Below are positions 45,420-58,329 of a stretch of 64,000 bases of DNA, one piece after another. A model generated the notes under the pieces. It was not told the origin of the DNA and searched no databases. It saw only the letters and a list, made by a program, of their open reading frames with translations. This DNA is from Blasia pusilla (Eukaryota): the NCBI GenBank assembly GCA_050084515.1, contig CM114271.1, forward strand, positions 36,766,001 to 36,830,000, given 5' to 3'. The translations under genes were made by a program, and so were the position numbers. Each line of letters begins with the position of its first letter. The stretch's first letter is position 1.

Positions 45420-47380
45420 CGTCCCTCCAATAAGATAACACCGGATGGCAAAACCTCACGCACTCTCAAGATGGTGCGTCTTGCAGTCACATCCAACGTC
45501 ATGGAAGCCGTTTGCTGCAAGTAGACCTAGTCTCCCTGATGAAACCTTCGGATAGTAGGTTGATAACCACCTCCCCGAATAGTCGCATACCTCAACATAT
45601 CTTGATGTTGTGCAATCGCCAAGTTCTCAAACACCATGGGCATCACTCTCCGAAACAACTCAGCCCTCTGAGAACATGCTCGCATTCATACATCAAGGTC
45701 ATGAAGGTTCAACACCTCACCAACATCTTGACGAATGGCCGCAGGTAAATCTGGCTTTCGGACATAAAGCAACAAGTACGCTGAGAAAGACGATGTCGTA
45801 TAGTAAAATCACTTAGTGTGTAAATTCCTTCCTCGTTAAGTGTTAGATAGAGTTTTATTGATATTAAGTAAATTAGCTTAGGAAAAGGAAATTCCCATGT
45901 TTAAACCTCTTTTATACGAGCCCAACTTTAGGAAAAGAGGTAATAAATAAAAGATGACTTTTTAAAAGTAAAGTAGTGAGGTTGGTGCTTTAATGAAAAG
46001 AAAAATTAGTCTTGGTTGGTGGCTAGGTTAGTTGGGGTAATTTGGAAAATATGAAGTGGGTAAAAGAGGATATCTTGGAAGAGATAAGAGGAAATCTACT
46101 TGTGTCAAAATGTGATTGGCTAAGCCTTGAGAAAAGCCATGTGGCACAAGATAAGATTAGTTGTATTTCGTACTCTTGTGGATCACTTGTGAGTATATAA
46201 AAAGCAGGGACCTTCAAGGGTTCATCACCTTCTATTCCACATCTTGATTCTCTTGTGTCACTCTTGAGTGTATGGCTTTGGGATTGCCTGCTCTTCCAAT
46301 GAGACTGGATCACCCCTCTTGGGAGAGTAACTTGACCATGGTCTATTCTTCGAGAGGTTTCTAGAGTGTGGTGTGGGTGTGGAGATAAGAGGTTTGTCAT
46401 CTTAGAGGAGTTTAGTCATACTAAAATAGTGAATGTTTTGGCTTGTTACTTTCCCAATGAGAGTGGATTACCCCTCTTAGAAGAATAATTCCGCCAAAAC
46501 CCATCCTAGAGAAGAGTAGAAAATGTCTGTCAAGCATGGATAGGGGTGGAGCATGAGTTATGCCCGAATTTCCTTTCCTCAATCCATACCATATCAAGGA
46601 AGTCTTTGTACATAAGCATTCGTTTACTCGCTATTTAGTTTATCGTTTAGGCGTTCATGAACCAGGTCATTCAATCTCCAACTCCGGTGATCCTTCGTAT
46701 CGTCACATATGGAAGGACATGGGATTGTACTTTGTATGTCCTTATCAAGTGATTCATGGACGTCAATAGGCCTGCTCAAGTAGGGTTTAACACACCGTCT
46801 GCACAACTCGTTCCGCTAGTCCATCCGCCTCAGGATGATCTCGCGAAGTAGTGCAATGGTTGATCAATGCTTAATCACACAAGGCCTGAAACTCCCCTCG
46901 GAACTCTGTAGCCTGGTCTGTCAACACCTCAAGTGGTGCACAGTAATGACTCAACACTCGATCTATGAAGGCATATGCTACTCCCTCACTGGTTTTGTTA
47001 GGCAATGCAACCAACTCTATCCACTTTGAGAAGTGCTCGACCATCACCAACACATAACGACTATAGTGCTTCGTCAAAGGCAAAGGTCTTGTAAAATCCA
47101 AACTTCATGTATAACCTAAACCCATAATCGGAAGTGGATGCAAATCTGGAGTTGGATCATTGAACGATGCTTGGACTAGATCACACACCATGCATCTGGC
47201 ACCAAATTGTTGAACGTTAGTCTGCATGCCTCGCCACCAATACTGAATCTGGAGCAAGTTGTACGTGCGCTTCACTCCAAAATGACCCAACTCTTCGTGG
47301 GCATGACGCACCAAACGTGCTCTTTGCAAAGGATGAGGCACAACACCCACTCTACCATCCTCCCACACACGCAACACATG
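45420..47380 (-). pseudogene. Ty3/gypsy integrase, interrupted by an insertion
   Basis: HAHEELGH...CMVC zinc domain, DFTRPLP, VLTDQATEF and HPEADGLAERVVQTV. The C-terminal part resumes at about 45741. Confidence 0.9.
45745..46792. mobile_element. About 1.05-kb foreign non-coding insertion in the integrase, probably an LTR remnant of another family
   Basis: The integrase reading breaks at 46793 into TGTTAAACCC (on -) and resumes near 45741. The insert is AT-rich with a TATA-like TATATAAAAAG. No TSD found. Confidence 0.6.
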
Positions 47381-47407
47381 TGTGCCCTCCCACTGAAACC
47401 GTCTGGC

Positions 47408-48965
47408 TCACTGTAGGATCCGATCCCGCTGTCTAGCACCCACTGTGCTTGCAACGTTGCTAGTACGCACGTACTCCAAGACCACTCCATCGTCGTGAAA
47501 ATCTCGGCCACCTGTCGTCTCCTCACCGGCCTCTGGATCTAAGGACTTTCCATCAGACCTCGTCGTCGAAGTCTCAACAATCTGGCTCTCCAAAGCCAAC
47601 AAGCCCAAATAGGCTGACGCATACCATCTTGGCATCAACTCCTCATCACTCTCACCATGCCAACGAGCTCCTGTCGCATCTCGCTCACTTGGGCATGGGT
47701 TACGGCTCAAACCATCTGCATCCGGGTTGAGCATCCCAGGTCTATGCACCACTTGGAAGTCATACTCTTGCAACAAAAGAGCCCACCTCGCAAGCTTCCC
47801 TGTAAGCTTGTTGGACTCCATCAACCACTTAAGTGGCTGATGATCAATAATGATGGTAAAGGGATTGCTAAATAGATAACATCTAAAATGTGCGACAGTC
47901 CACACTGCAGCCAATCACTCACCCTCATACAAGCTTTACTTTGCCTCTGCAACGTTGTTCGAGCGATTAGCGTAAGCCACAACGACCTCTCTACCATCAT
48001 TGTCATGTTGGGTGAGCACGGCTCCAAGCCCCAACATGCTCCAATCGATATGCAACTGGAAAGGACGCCCCCTGATCAGTCTCCTCAATATGGGCGCGGA
48101 TGACAATATATCCTTGAGCATAAAAAATGCTCTCTCTTGCTCATTCCCCCAGTACCACTCTTGATCCACCTTGGTCATCAAGGTTAGCGCCTTCGGAATT
48201 GAACTGGAACCCTTGACGTACCTTCGATAGAAGTTCGCCAATCCCATGAATGCATAAACTTGACTCACATATGTAGGGTGTGGAATGTGTGAAATACCCT
48301 CTACCTTTGTCTATTGCACACCAAGGCCCCCTTGGTATATCATATGACCCAGGTACTCAATCTGTCCATAGAAGAACTTGCACTTGCCTTGATGTAGCTT
48401 GAGCCCATGTAACTACAATCGTCAAAACACCTCTTCTAGTTGTCGCTTATGCTTCTCAACCGTAGCGCTTAACACTATGATGTCATCAATATAACACCTA
48501 GCAAAACCCAGACATGCCAAGATCTTATCCATGACCCTCTGAAACTAATCCGGGGCGTTCTTTAACCTGAATGGTAAGAACCGCAATAGTACAAAAAATC
48601 CTTCCCGTGAGGATCCATGCCCCAAAATCAAAGTCTTCTACCTTTCCTCCAATCTGATAGGCAGCCGATGGTATCCGGCTCGCAAATCCAATGAAGTGAC
48701 GACCTTTGCATGCCCAATTGCATTAAAGATCTCCTCAAGGATGGGCATGGCATACCTATCGGACTTTGTCTGCCGATTGATAGGTCGGTAATCTCCACAC
48801 ATTCGCCTATCCGTCCAGTTGCCATGCACATCCTTCTTGGCGAGCATGACAATGGCAGATGCATACTCTCCATGCGACATCTTCACTAGTCCTACTCCAA
48901 CCAAGTCCTGGATCCTACTTTGAATTAGAGCCCTCTCCATGTCACTTTACCTGTAGGATTGTCGG
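47408..48965 (-). pseudogene. Ty3/gypsy reverse transcriptase and RNase H
   Basis: RMCGDYRPIN, LDLRAGYHRL, CYIDD, FMGLANFYRRYV, GLGAVLTQ, IDHQPLKWL and HRPGMLNPDADGLSR. Confidence 0.95.
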
Positions 48966-49417
48966 AAGATCGGCGTGCCACTCGACAACTCAATGCGGAT
49001 CCTTGGACCCTTCAGCATACCCAAATCATGCATACTAAATGCAAAACAACTCCTATAACTCCTAAGAAACTAGTGTATCCGGCCCCGCTCTCCTTTTGTC
49101 AATTTAGGGCCCATATCAGGCTCCCAAGTCTCCATCGTGACTACATTAGGACTCTCCGGCGCGGGTGTCGGTGGTTCCTATGGTGCAACCCCATCTCGGA
49201 CAAAAGAACTCTCAGCTCCACGTGCAGAACCCGGAACCACACTCGATGTTGTGACTATCATCTCCTAGCGTACCTACAAAACATCCCAAGAAGTCCAAGG
49301 GTGTCTCTCCCGATCATCCCTGGTGTGTTGATCTCCTTGGGTCTCACCCCTAGCCGCTGCCTCAACCGTCTCGGTAGGCATGGGGTAACAACGCAACAGC
49401 TGTGATATGTCGCATCC

Positions 49418-50376
49418 TCAAACAACTACTCCTAAGCTGAAAATCCATGTCAAGCAGTTCAGGTCCATCGCTTGACCCAAGACATGACGTTGTGATGCCT
49501 CTGATAGTGTCGATACTTCCGTCACTCCTGTGGGGAATCCCATCGCTCGCTCTTGCTCGTCGGCGTTGGGCTCCACCAACCTCTGTAATTGGTCATCCCA
49601 AACCAAGCCAGGTCTGACCTCCTTGAATGTATAGGAAGCGGGAAAACTCACCAATGTGGGAAAGGCTGCCCGTGGCCTGCCAATTCACTTGACCACAGTC
49701 AACGACGGTCGATCATCTAGCCTCACTGCTTGTGATCAATGGTCGGGATCCAATATAGATCCACCAACAAATCAGAGGGGCTCTCCACTCTCGCATATGC
49801 CCTATGTAACACCTCGTGTGATACCAAGTCGGTCCACCAAAGACGCGGGCGATGTGCTCGTGAACCCACACTCGCCATATCTAACAACACTGTCGGGCTG
49901 ATCCACGCGCGCACTTGATGTGCACTCGTCACCACACGGGACCTCGAATCGCCCAAAATTGGCACATTCTCCAAAATGTATATTGGAGAACGAGGCTGAT
50001 GCTCTTATAAATGCCGCAAGATCCGCATCATCTCCCAAAATAACCTGGACCGAGTGTCAGCAAACCCGCTACCTCATCCAACACTTGATTGGCCCTGACA
50101 TGCCCAACCAACAATGACCAAGTCTATGGTCTACCCGCTCCAAGTCCTGCACCCCCAACAATGAAATGTCCCTCGGTAGGGAACTCTAGTAACCCTGAAT
50201 GGCCGACACAGACAACAAATCGAGAAACAGAGGCGTAATAGCGCCACATGGTGAAATGAAGCGCGCCTCACAATATCATCAATCTCCACATACAGGTATT
50301 GCTGCACGCGCACTCTAGCGTGCAAAATAACAACTAACCCAATGTTGATCCCTCCAAAGAGATCCAACACCCGAAT
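49418..50376 (-). pseudogene. DNMT3-like C5 cytosine methyltransferase domain within the retrotransposon polyprotein
   Basis: Motif I IRVLDLFGGI, II YLYVEID, IV IDLVIVGWACQG (50092-50127), VI YILENVP, VIII RAHRPRLWWT, IX ERAMGFPTGVT and X RHVLGQAMD, all in canonical order. Contains stops and frameshifts. Confidence 0.92.
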
Positions 50377-50799
50377 ACTCTTCTCTTGGATGCACCACAC
50401 AATCGAGGTGATGTCCAAAGGGGTCATAGCAACACTCCTGCCTACTTGGGGTTCCTCTGACCCGTCACACTCTGGTGCAAATGTCTCGCTCCACACGATT
50501 TGCATATGTTCAGTGGCTAAGCGTCAAAGCTCCTCAATCGAGCCCCAAAGCGGCACCTCTCCTCCACGGACTCATGCGGCTACTATGACACTCCTCTGCA
50601 TAGAAATATCACAAACGGGAGTATCCTATGCATGGACATGTCTCTCAATCAAATCACTAGGCCAAGTGATGGCACTGCTAAATGGTGCTAAGGTCATCGT
50701 CTCTCCTTGCCATCGCTTGATCACTGCACCTGTGAATCAAACGGGTAATGAGCTAAGGCGCCCATCACCTGACTGCCATCCTAGTCTGTAGGACGATGA

Positions 50800-52700
50800 C
50801 TCCTCCTTGTAATCCTCAGAAAACCCCATCGGATATAACATTGCTCCACCAACCAAGACGTCGTAGGACTCTGCATCAGTCACTGTCGCCTTGGCTCGCA
50901 CCATAGACTCATCTCAAGGATGTCTCGGGCGAATCCTCACCACGACCTCATGTCAGGTGATATACTGTGTGGTACTCGCTGCTCCCAAGGATGTCTGCAT
51001 CCAAAATGGAAAATGCTCCACATCGGGTCTCGTCAAGCCCAATCCTCTCAATAATGCTTTCCCCAACATCAGGGGTTGCACTCCTAAATCCAACAAGACG
51101 CGTTGCGGACTAAAAGCTCTACCTTTGGGACTCACCAACAAGAAGACCTCTCCCTGATTATCCAGCAACACAACACCTGGAGAAACCATGGCACGCTCTA
51201 TCGCGGGTCTAGCGGGCATCTCCGCCATCCTAGCAGCCGCGGCCTGCCATGAATCTGACGTGGACAGCCCGAGCATCCGCTGCAAGGGCAAATCCATCAC
51301 CTCCTCTACAATCACCCATGAACGTGATGCAGGAACTTCAAATCCACGCTCACATAGCATAGCGGCTAGCCAAAAAACCTCGGCGGACGTACCTCCCAAC
51401 GTCATAACATCGGAAGCAGAAAATAAAGGAGCGCGGGACACAATGGTGACCACCCCCAACAACGTGCTCGACACATGCCAGCAATAGGAGTCATCGCACC
51501 CGCTTCTCCCATCGCCCTTTGTGCCTGCACACCAACAACATCACCAACTCTCCAAGAACTCTGATCATGACCCATCGATGGGGTCCTCATTGCCTCAGAC
51601 AACGTGAAAGACTGAGTCTATTTCCTTTTTTCCCCTTGATGTGGATCCAACTCTACGGTTGCTCCACGCATCACAACTGCGGGGGCCTCCATCTGGGCAA
51701 CCCCGCATATCCAACCAAGATCCTCCATATGATGTCGATGCCACGGATCCGGCATCATGTAATCTCAATGCCATAGCGGCAATCTGCTCTTGTAGCTGCT
51801 GTATCTGAGCAGCCATCCCAACCTCGCGCCCGGCGTCTTCCTTGATGCGTCTAGGTGGTGGGACTCTACCTCCTCCACGGGAAGCTCCACTACCCTGTCG
51901 GACAACTCCAGCTCCTCGTCCCCCAACGGGACCACCTGGTGTACGATCTCTAGCCCACGCGGACCAGCTACTCACTCTTGTGCCCTCACTTGTCCTCGAT
52001 CCGGACGTAACTCAGGGTGTAAACTGAAACACTTGACGCGTGTATGACCATACCTCTGAAAATAGTCACACTGATAACCTCTTGGTGCAACACCATCTCC
52101 TCCTCCATGCTAAGGCACACGTCCATAACCCTGACGAGTGCAATCGCATTGATGATGGGCTCCACCACATGACCAACAAGTAATTATAGGCGGCTGCTCC
52201 ATTGCCGCATATGAAGGCACATGTCTTTGTGGCACGGCCTCCCAATATCCTCCCTGAGCTCGCGGTGCCACAATCGACCTATCTCAGAGTCCACGTTGCT
52301 GCATTGGTGGTGGAGACAATCGTTACTGCTCTCGCCCACAACCCATGGTGGCTACTCTCTCCTCCGCCATGTTGCGCTCAATGTTCTTGGCGGTCCTAAA
52401 AACATCTCTCAACGTAGGGGAGTTGTTCATAAGGAGCACCCCCTCCCGCACCCGTGTCCGTAGGGTCCGGTCCAGCATCGCGTACCATGACTGGATAGCC
52501 TAAGCCTCTGTCATCCCCTGAGTGACGTTGATCAACCGACGCAAGCGAGTGTAAGCCTCACACAAACTCTCACCCGGGCGCCTCTAGAAGTCGTGTATGC
52601 TGTGCAACTTCTCCGTCCGTACCCCCTGGTAGATCGCCCTCAACTCAGCAAAGAACTCAACCACGAGGTTGAACCTGGGACGAACCCAATATCTGAAAAT
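50800..52700 (-). pseudogene. Ty3/gypsy gag and aspartic protease, degenerate
   Basis: Manual translation gives TCWSCGGAHHQCDC and QCDYFQRYGHTRVKC (zinc knuckles). RVLLDLGVQPL corresponds to VLLDSGAQPL in the 1389-5240 copy. Confidence 0.85.
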
Positions 52701-52703
52701 CCC

Positions 52704-54775
52704 TGTCACATCTTTTAGGATAGATCGGTGAGATCTAGTAGAGTGCCTTCGTGAGTAGTGGAGGACATGCTCAGTAGGTCAAGGATGACCTACTAAGGCC
52801 CCAGGAAACCTGGGCGAGCACCCCTTCGTTTCGGCCCATTTGGAGCCATATTGAAGAACTTACTATTTTAGGTAAGTATCATTTTGAGTATATGATCAAA
52901 TTTTTATTTTTGGTAGGTGGCCTTTGACCTCCTACATCAAGATAAAAGACCAGAATGGGTAACCTGACAATAATGTCGATGCCGCTCCTCGGCAACTGCA
53001 AATCTTGACCCCAACTCGGTCGTGAAGACAACTCCTCCAATCAGCAAGTCGTACTCCTCTCATACCGACATTGCTCAAACCTCCTTGATGTGCGGTGCTG
53101 GTCCAGCGGTTTGGTGTAGCACTGGAGGCACAAAACGGCTACAAACGGCACGGCACTCGGCGGCATACCCTCCTCAATCAGAAATTCACACGCTCTCCAC
53201 CTTAGTGAAAAATCCGCTCCACGATCAAGACGGTGCGGTGCAGCCATAAGCGGCACGACATGGCAATCGGTGGCGCGTTGCATCTACGAGCGTCACGGCA
53301 CGGTAGTCGATGATCATTGAGCGCCTACCAATCCCAATATAGCAACATGAAATGAAAACTCAAACACCATAACCCGAGGTCACCTTCCATCACTGATTGA
53401 TGACAAAACTACGATGACGGTGACGGCCAAACCAAAGTACGTGGTGGCGGCCCAAGTCAGAGAATCAACGGTGGTCATGGTAGACCCTTCACTCCATAAT
53501 GGCGGCAATGGCAACCAAAGGGTGGACAACAGCTGAACACGGCTCTTAGCAGCACTAGGCGATGGCAGCGGCCGACGGTGCATGGTGGACGATGGACCGT
53601 TGAAGGTGATGCTTGATCGTTGATGGTGATGCTTGACCATTGACGGTGACTGTTGACCAAAGATTGTGATGGTTGACCATTGATGGTGACAATGACGGCG
53701 ACGGCCGCCGCCGGCACGGCGGCTGGTAGGGTTTAAACAATTTAACCCTAAAAATCGCCTAGCAATGGTAGTTTTTCAAGATTGACCATAAATTTTTGCT
53801 CACAACTCCAAGTTGCGCACTATTTTTTGCTAAACGTGCACAGCTTCACGATCTACCATAATGTCAAAAATATTTGGAATTGGACATTCTAGTAGAAACA
53901 GTCAGGGATTGTCCTAAAGCCCAATGTCTCTTTCTCCTACACAAAATTTGGCTGCGCTTCCGCGCTGATTTCTCCCAACAAAAATGTAAAACATGTGAGA
54001 ACACAAATCAGCAAGCTACCCGGTGCTCTAGAGAGCACCGTCATGGGGCAATCCACCCCCATACTCAATCCCTATAAAAAATTGGATAGCGCTTCCGTGC
54101 GCCACTCTTCCACACAAAAAATCGGCAAAGGAAACATCACAAGTAAGCGGCTCTTGCTCGGGTGAGCACTCCCATGAACCTCTGAATAGGAAATACAATC
54201 CCCAACCTTCAAAACCACAGAGTGACCAGCAAGCTCCCCCATAAAGCTCTCTCGCTCACTCATTCTCTTTTTGTAAAATAAGATCCAATTTCTCTCACAA
54301 CACCATAGTTCTCACATGTGTGCACTCTCACATGTCTCTCTCAATGTCAAACCAAACCCACTCTCCTAATGAGAGGCTTGGGTAACACACACAAGGCAAA
54401 CAAGACCATAGCTCCGCCGCCTCATGCCAAAAGGCTCAACAAAGAGAGAATGAGCTCTCAAGCTCTTTCTCCTTGAGGTATACCCCTCCCCTCTCCCAAG
54501 CAAGCTCCATGGTAACCTATGCTCGCAAGTCACCTCCTTGGCTCTTGACCTGATGTAAGAGGTCAAGGAATACTTACCAAAAATAGAAATTTGATCATAT
54601 ACTCAAAATGGTATTTACCTAAAATAGTAGGTTTCTCAATATGGCTCCACATGAGCCGAAGGAGAGCAGCTTTCTCGGGGCCTCAGCAAGTCATCCTTGA
54701 CCTACTGAGCCTATCCACCACTACTCATGAAGGCGCTCTACTAGATCTCACCGATCTATACTAAAAGACGTGACC
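52704..54775. repeat. About 200-bp inverted repeat arms (52704-52918 and 54574-54775) flanking the LTR-like region
   Basis: TGTCACATCTTTTAGGATAGATCGGTGAGATCTAGTAGAG... is the reverse complement of ...CTCTACTAGATCTCACCGATCTATACTAAAAGACGTGACC. Similarity extends through TTTGAGTATATGATCAAATTT. Confidence 0.88.
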
Positions 54776-54787
54776 AGTGAGGTTTCA

Positions 54788-57080
54788 AGGGTCTCCATTT
54801 GAGGGACCGCCTTGATCTCCTTTTGTGTCGTCTTCAAATGAGGGGGAGGGCGTAGAGGAGTTTGTTAGTGCATCACATTGAGTGGTCCTATTGTTTGGGC
54901 ATACAAGATGGAAGACCGGGCTAGAAGACCGCGTAGGTTTTTGGGAGTAGTGGATACCATAGAGTTACACCACTTTAGTGCGGAGTTCAGGTGTTGGTGT
55001 GACTCACAGTGGGCCAAGAATACAACCTTTTCACAACATGGAACATAATGTTGCAACACCTAGAGGGCGCACTCATGGACAATATCAATCAATTTTCCCA
55101 AAGGTACGCACCCGAGATTGAGGCATGGAGATTCCACTATGATCCAAATTACGTGTCATGGACTCAGCCAATTCTAGAGGAGGAGGAGGAGGAGGAGGAG
55201 CTAGGGGAGGCTACTTCCTCTGCCACTAGTGAGGTTCAGGGAGGGGTGAGTCAGACTAGAGCAGTTGCATCATCCAATCAGGTTCGTCCCAGGTTCAACC
55301 CCGTGGTTGAGTTCTTCGTGGAGCTACGGATGAACTACCAAAGGAATGGACTAAGAAGTTGTGGATGCTCCACAACTTCTATAGGCACAAAAGAGAGAGT
55401 TTGCGGAAGACATTTACTCGCCTGCGTTGTCTGATTAGTATCACTTGGGGATGATAGAGGCCCATGTTGCTTTGTTTAGGCATGGTATAGGATGTTGGAA
55501 CAAGTCTTGCAAAAATGGGTGAGGGATGCAATATTCTTATGCGCACCTCACCTATATTGAAGGATGTATTTGAGATGGCATAGTGCATTAAGTGCAACGA
55601 AGTTAAGGATAGTGTAGCAGCCATGAGTCACATGCAAGAGCTGTCACAATTACTTGCATCACCAATGCAACAACGAGGATTTTGGGAGAGGAGTGTAGCA
55701 TTGCAAGCTCAAGGAGGTTATCATGAAAGTTACGTTGGTAAGCCCCATGCATACCCAGACAATTCAGGCAGTGGCGAGGAGCGAGATCCCGAGAGATCGA
55801 CATAGCAGGGATGATCACGAGTGACATCCTTGGACTTCTTGGGATGATTTGGAGGTAGGTCAAGAGATGGCATCCAAATGCATCGAGCATGGTACATAGT
55901 CCCACACACCGAGGAGGGGAGAGTTTAGAGTTTATGATAGGGGAGCAATGGGATTGCGCCATAGCAATCACGGATACCAAGGCCTAGAAGTCCTCCATCA
56001 ATCATGAAGGAGACTTGGGCGATCAACGCCAAATACATCATTTCCTTAGGAGTCAAAGGAATTTTTTTGCATTTAGTATGCATGATTTGGGTTAGCTAAA
56101 GGGTATAGGGATCAGCATTGAGTTGTCTAATGACATGCCGATCTTCCAAAGACCCTACAGAAACAATGATATTGAGAGGGCTCTAATTAAGAGTAGGAGT
56201 TGGGGTGGACTAGTGGAGATGTCCCATTGAGAGTATGCAGTTAGCATTGTCATGCCCGCCAAGAAGGATATGCATGGAAATTGGACGGATGAGCGGATGT
56301 GTGGAAACTACCAACCTATCAATCAGCATACAAAGTTTGATACATATGCTATGCCCACTCATGAGGAGATCTTTGATGTTATTAGGCATGCAAAGATCTT
56401 CAGTTTGTTTGGATCTCTGATCCGGATACCATCAATTGCTTATCAAATTGGAGGACATGCAAAAGATGGAATTTTGGGGCATCGATCCTCACAGAAAGGA
56501 TTTTTTGTACGAATGGCGGTTCTTACCATTTGGGTTAACGAATGCCTCAACAGAGTTTCATAGGGTTATGGATAGGATCTTGGGAGGCCTTGATTTTGCT
56601 AGGTGTTACATTGATGACGTCATAGTTTTAAGCACCCTGTTTGAGGAGCATGAGCGACATCTGGAGGAGATGTTTTGACCATTGAAGTTAAATGGGCAAA
56701 AGCTACATCCAAGAAAGTACAAGTTCTTCTACGACCAATTTGAGTACTTGGATCACACGATATATCCAAGTGGTCTTAGCATTCAGAAGAAAAAGTTAGA
56801 GGATATCTCGTGCATTTCACGCCCTATAGATGTGAGTCGAGTTCGTGCATTCATGGGATTGGAAAACTTCTATCAACTATACGTCAATATATTGTTGATA
56901 TCTAGATTGCAAAGACACTAACCTTGCAAACCAAGGTGGATCACGAGTAGCACTAAGAGGATGAGCTGGATAAATAATTTTAGTTGGTCAAGGACAAGTT
57001 GACGTCCGCATCCATAGTCAGAAGACCTATCAGGGGACATCATTTCTAATTGCATATAGATTGGAGTACGTTGGGGCATC
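54788..57080 (+). mobile_element. Continuation of the 42226 Ty3/gypsy copy: partial gag, internal deletion, RT and start of RNaseH region
   Basis: 54788-55700 is homologous to 2045-2930. ORFs 56252-56921 contain MCGNYQPIN, LPFGLTNA, CYIDD and RAFMGL. No protease or DNMT sequence is present. Confidence 0.88.
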
Positions 57081-58329
57081 TTTCATTATGATGCAAGCAA
57101 GATTTAGAAAGTGGATGATCTTGATATGTGGATCCAAGCATGTTCTCAACATGCTTGAATGAAGCTCACCGATATTCAACTATATCACATATACTTGAAT
57201 ATCAGTGAGCTTCATCAACACCGTGGAAAATTTTCTTACTTGAGGTGCATGACCACGCCAAAGGAGATAGTTGTGAAGACTAAATACGATTACTGGACTA
57301 TTGAACAAATCCACCAAGTCCTCCATTGCTGCGAGGTAGAAATACAGACTAAGCAGATTTTACCGTCTTCCGGACCGTCAAGTACTTCAGTACATTATTG
57401 TAACAATTTGACAATAAGGTACATAAGATTTTTATAGCTTCTTTTCTCAAGTTTTTGGACCACCAACGGACATAACCAACACAAAACCTTCAAATTTCAA
57501 GGCTATCTTTCAATCCTCTCCCTCTTTTAGCCTTTCAAAGAGCCTCCCAACGGTTAATCAAAAGGTAAGCATTGGCATATATGTCGAGGTCTTTTTCACG
57601 ACAGCGTGCACACTTCTACTTTTTATGTTTAGGGTCGACCAAAGCGAGACACTCGACCAAAGGGGAGAGGTAAATTTGGTGAAAAGAATCTGAAATCATT
57701 TTTCCAGTAAATTTTGTAAAGTAATTGAGACCAAAATAGGATAAAAGAACTGAGATATGAAAAGATCATTCCAATGCACTAAAGATCCAGTGAAACGCTT
57801 GAGCAGAGATTGAGAAACCACCTCCAAGCTATCAAAATGATTGTTGGGTTGAGGGCTACAAGAAATGGCCCAAGAGGACTTTCCCAAAAGATAGGGAGGG
57901 AGTGGAGTTCTCTCAAAATATATGAGGAGAAGGGTCTTCAAGGGAGTTTGGGATCCGAACCCCATTTTGGGGAACCTTAAGGATGAACCAAGGGCATAAG
58001 ATGGATTGAGAGGTTGGCTTCGGGTGTGAACATCATCCAAGTCCAAGGGGATAAATTATGGATATCAACGTTGGACCTTGATTCGTGACTCAAACATTGG
58101 GTTCCAACTAAAGACTCGTTGAAGATCCATTGGGAAATTGGGACCGCCACACGTGTTAACGTTGTTTTAGGTTCCTGGACTATGAAGGAAGTTTGTCCCA
58201 AATTTTGAATAACTTGCTTCTATTGGGGAGGAAGGGGTTAGATCGGTATCTTGTCCCACTTAGAACTATTGAGCTTAAAGGATAGACCGAGTTTAGAACT
58301 TGGGAGGGGCAAGACTGGTTGATCCAAAC

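Noticed and set aside
49418-50376. Alternative reading as a host DNMT3/DRM gene or bacterial contamination
   Set aside because: It is intronless, embedded between protease and RT, and repeated at the same position in other element copies within clearly eukaryotic sequence.
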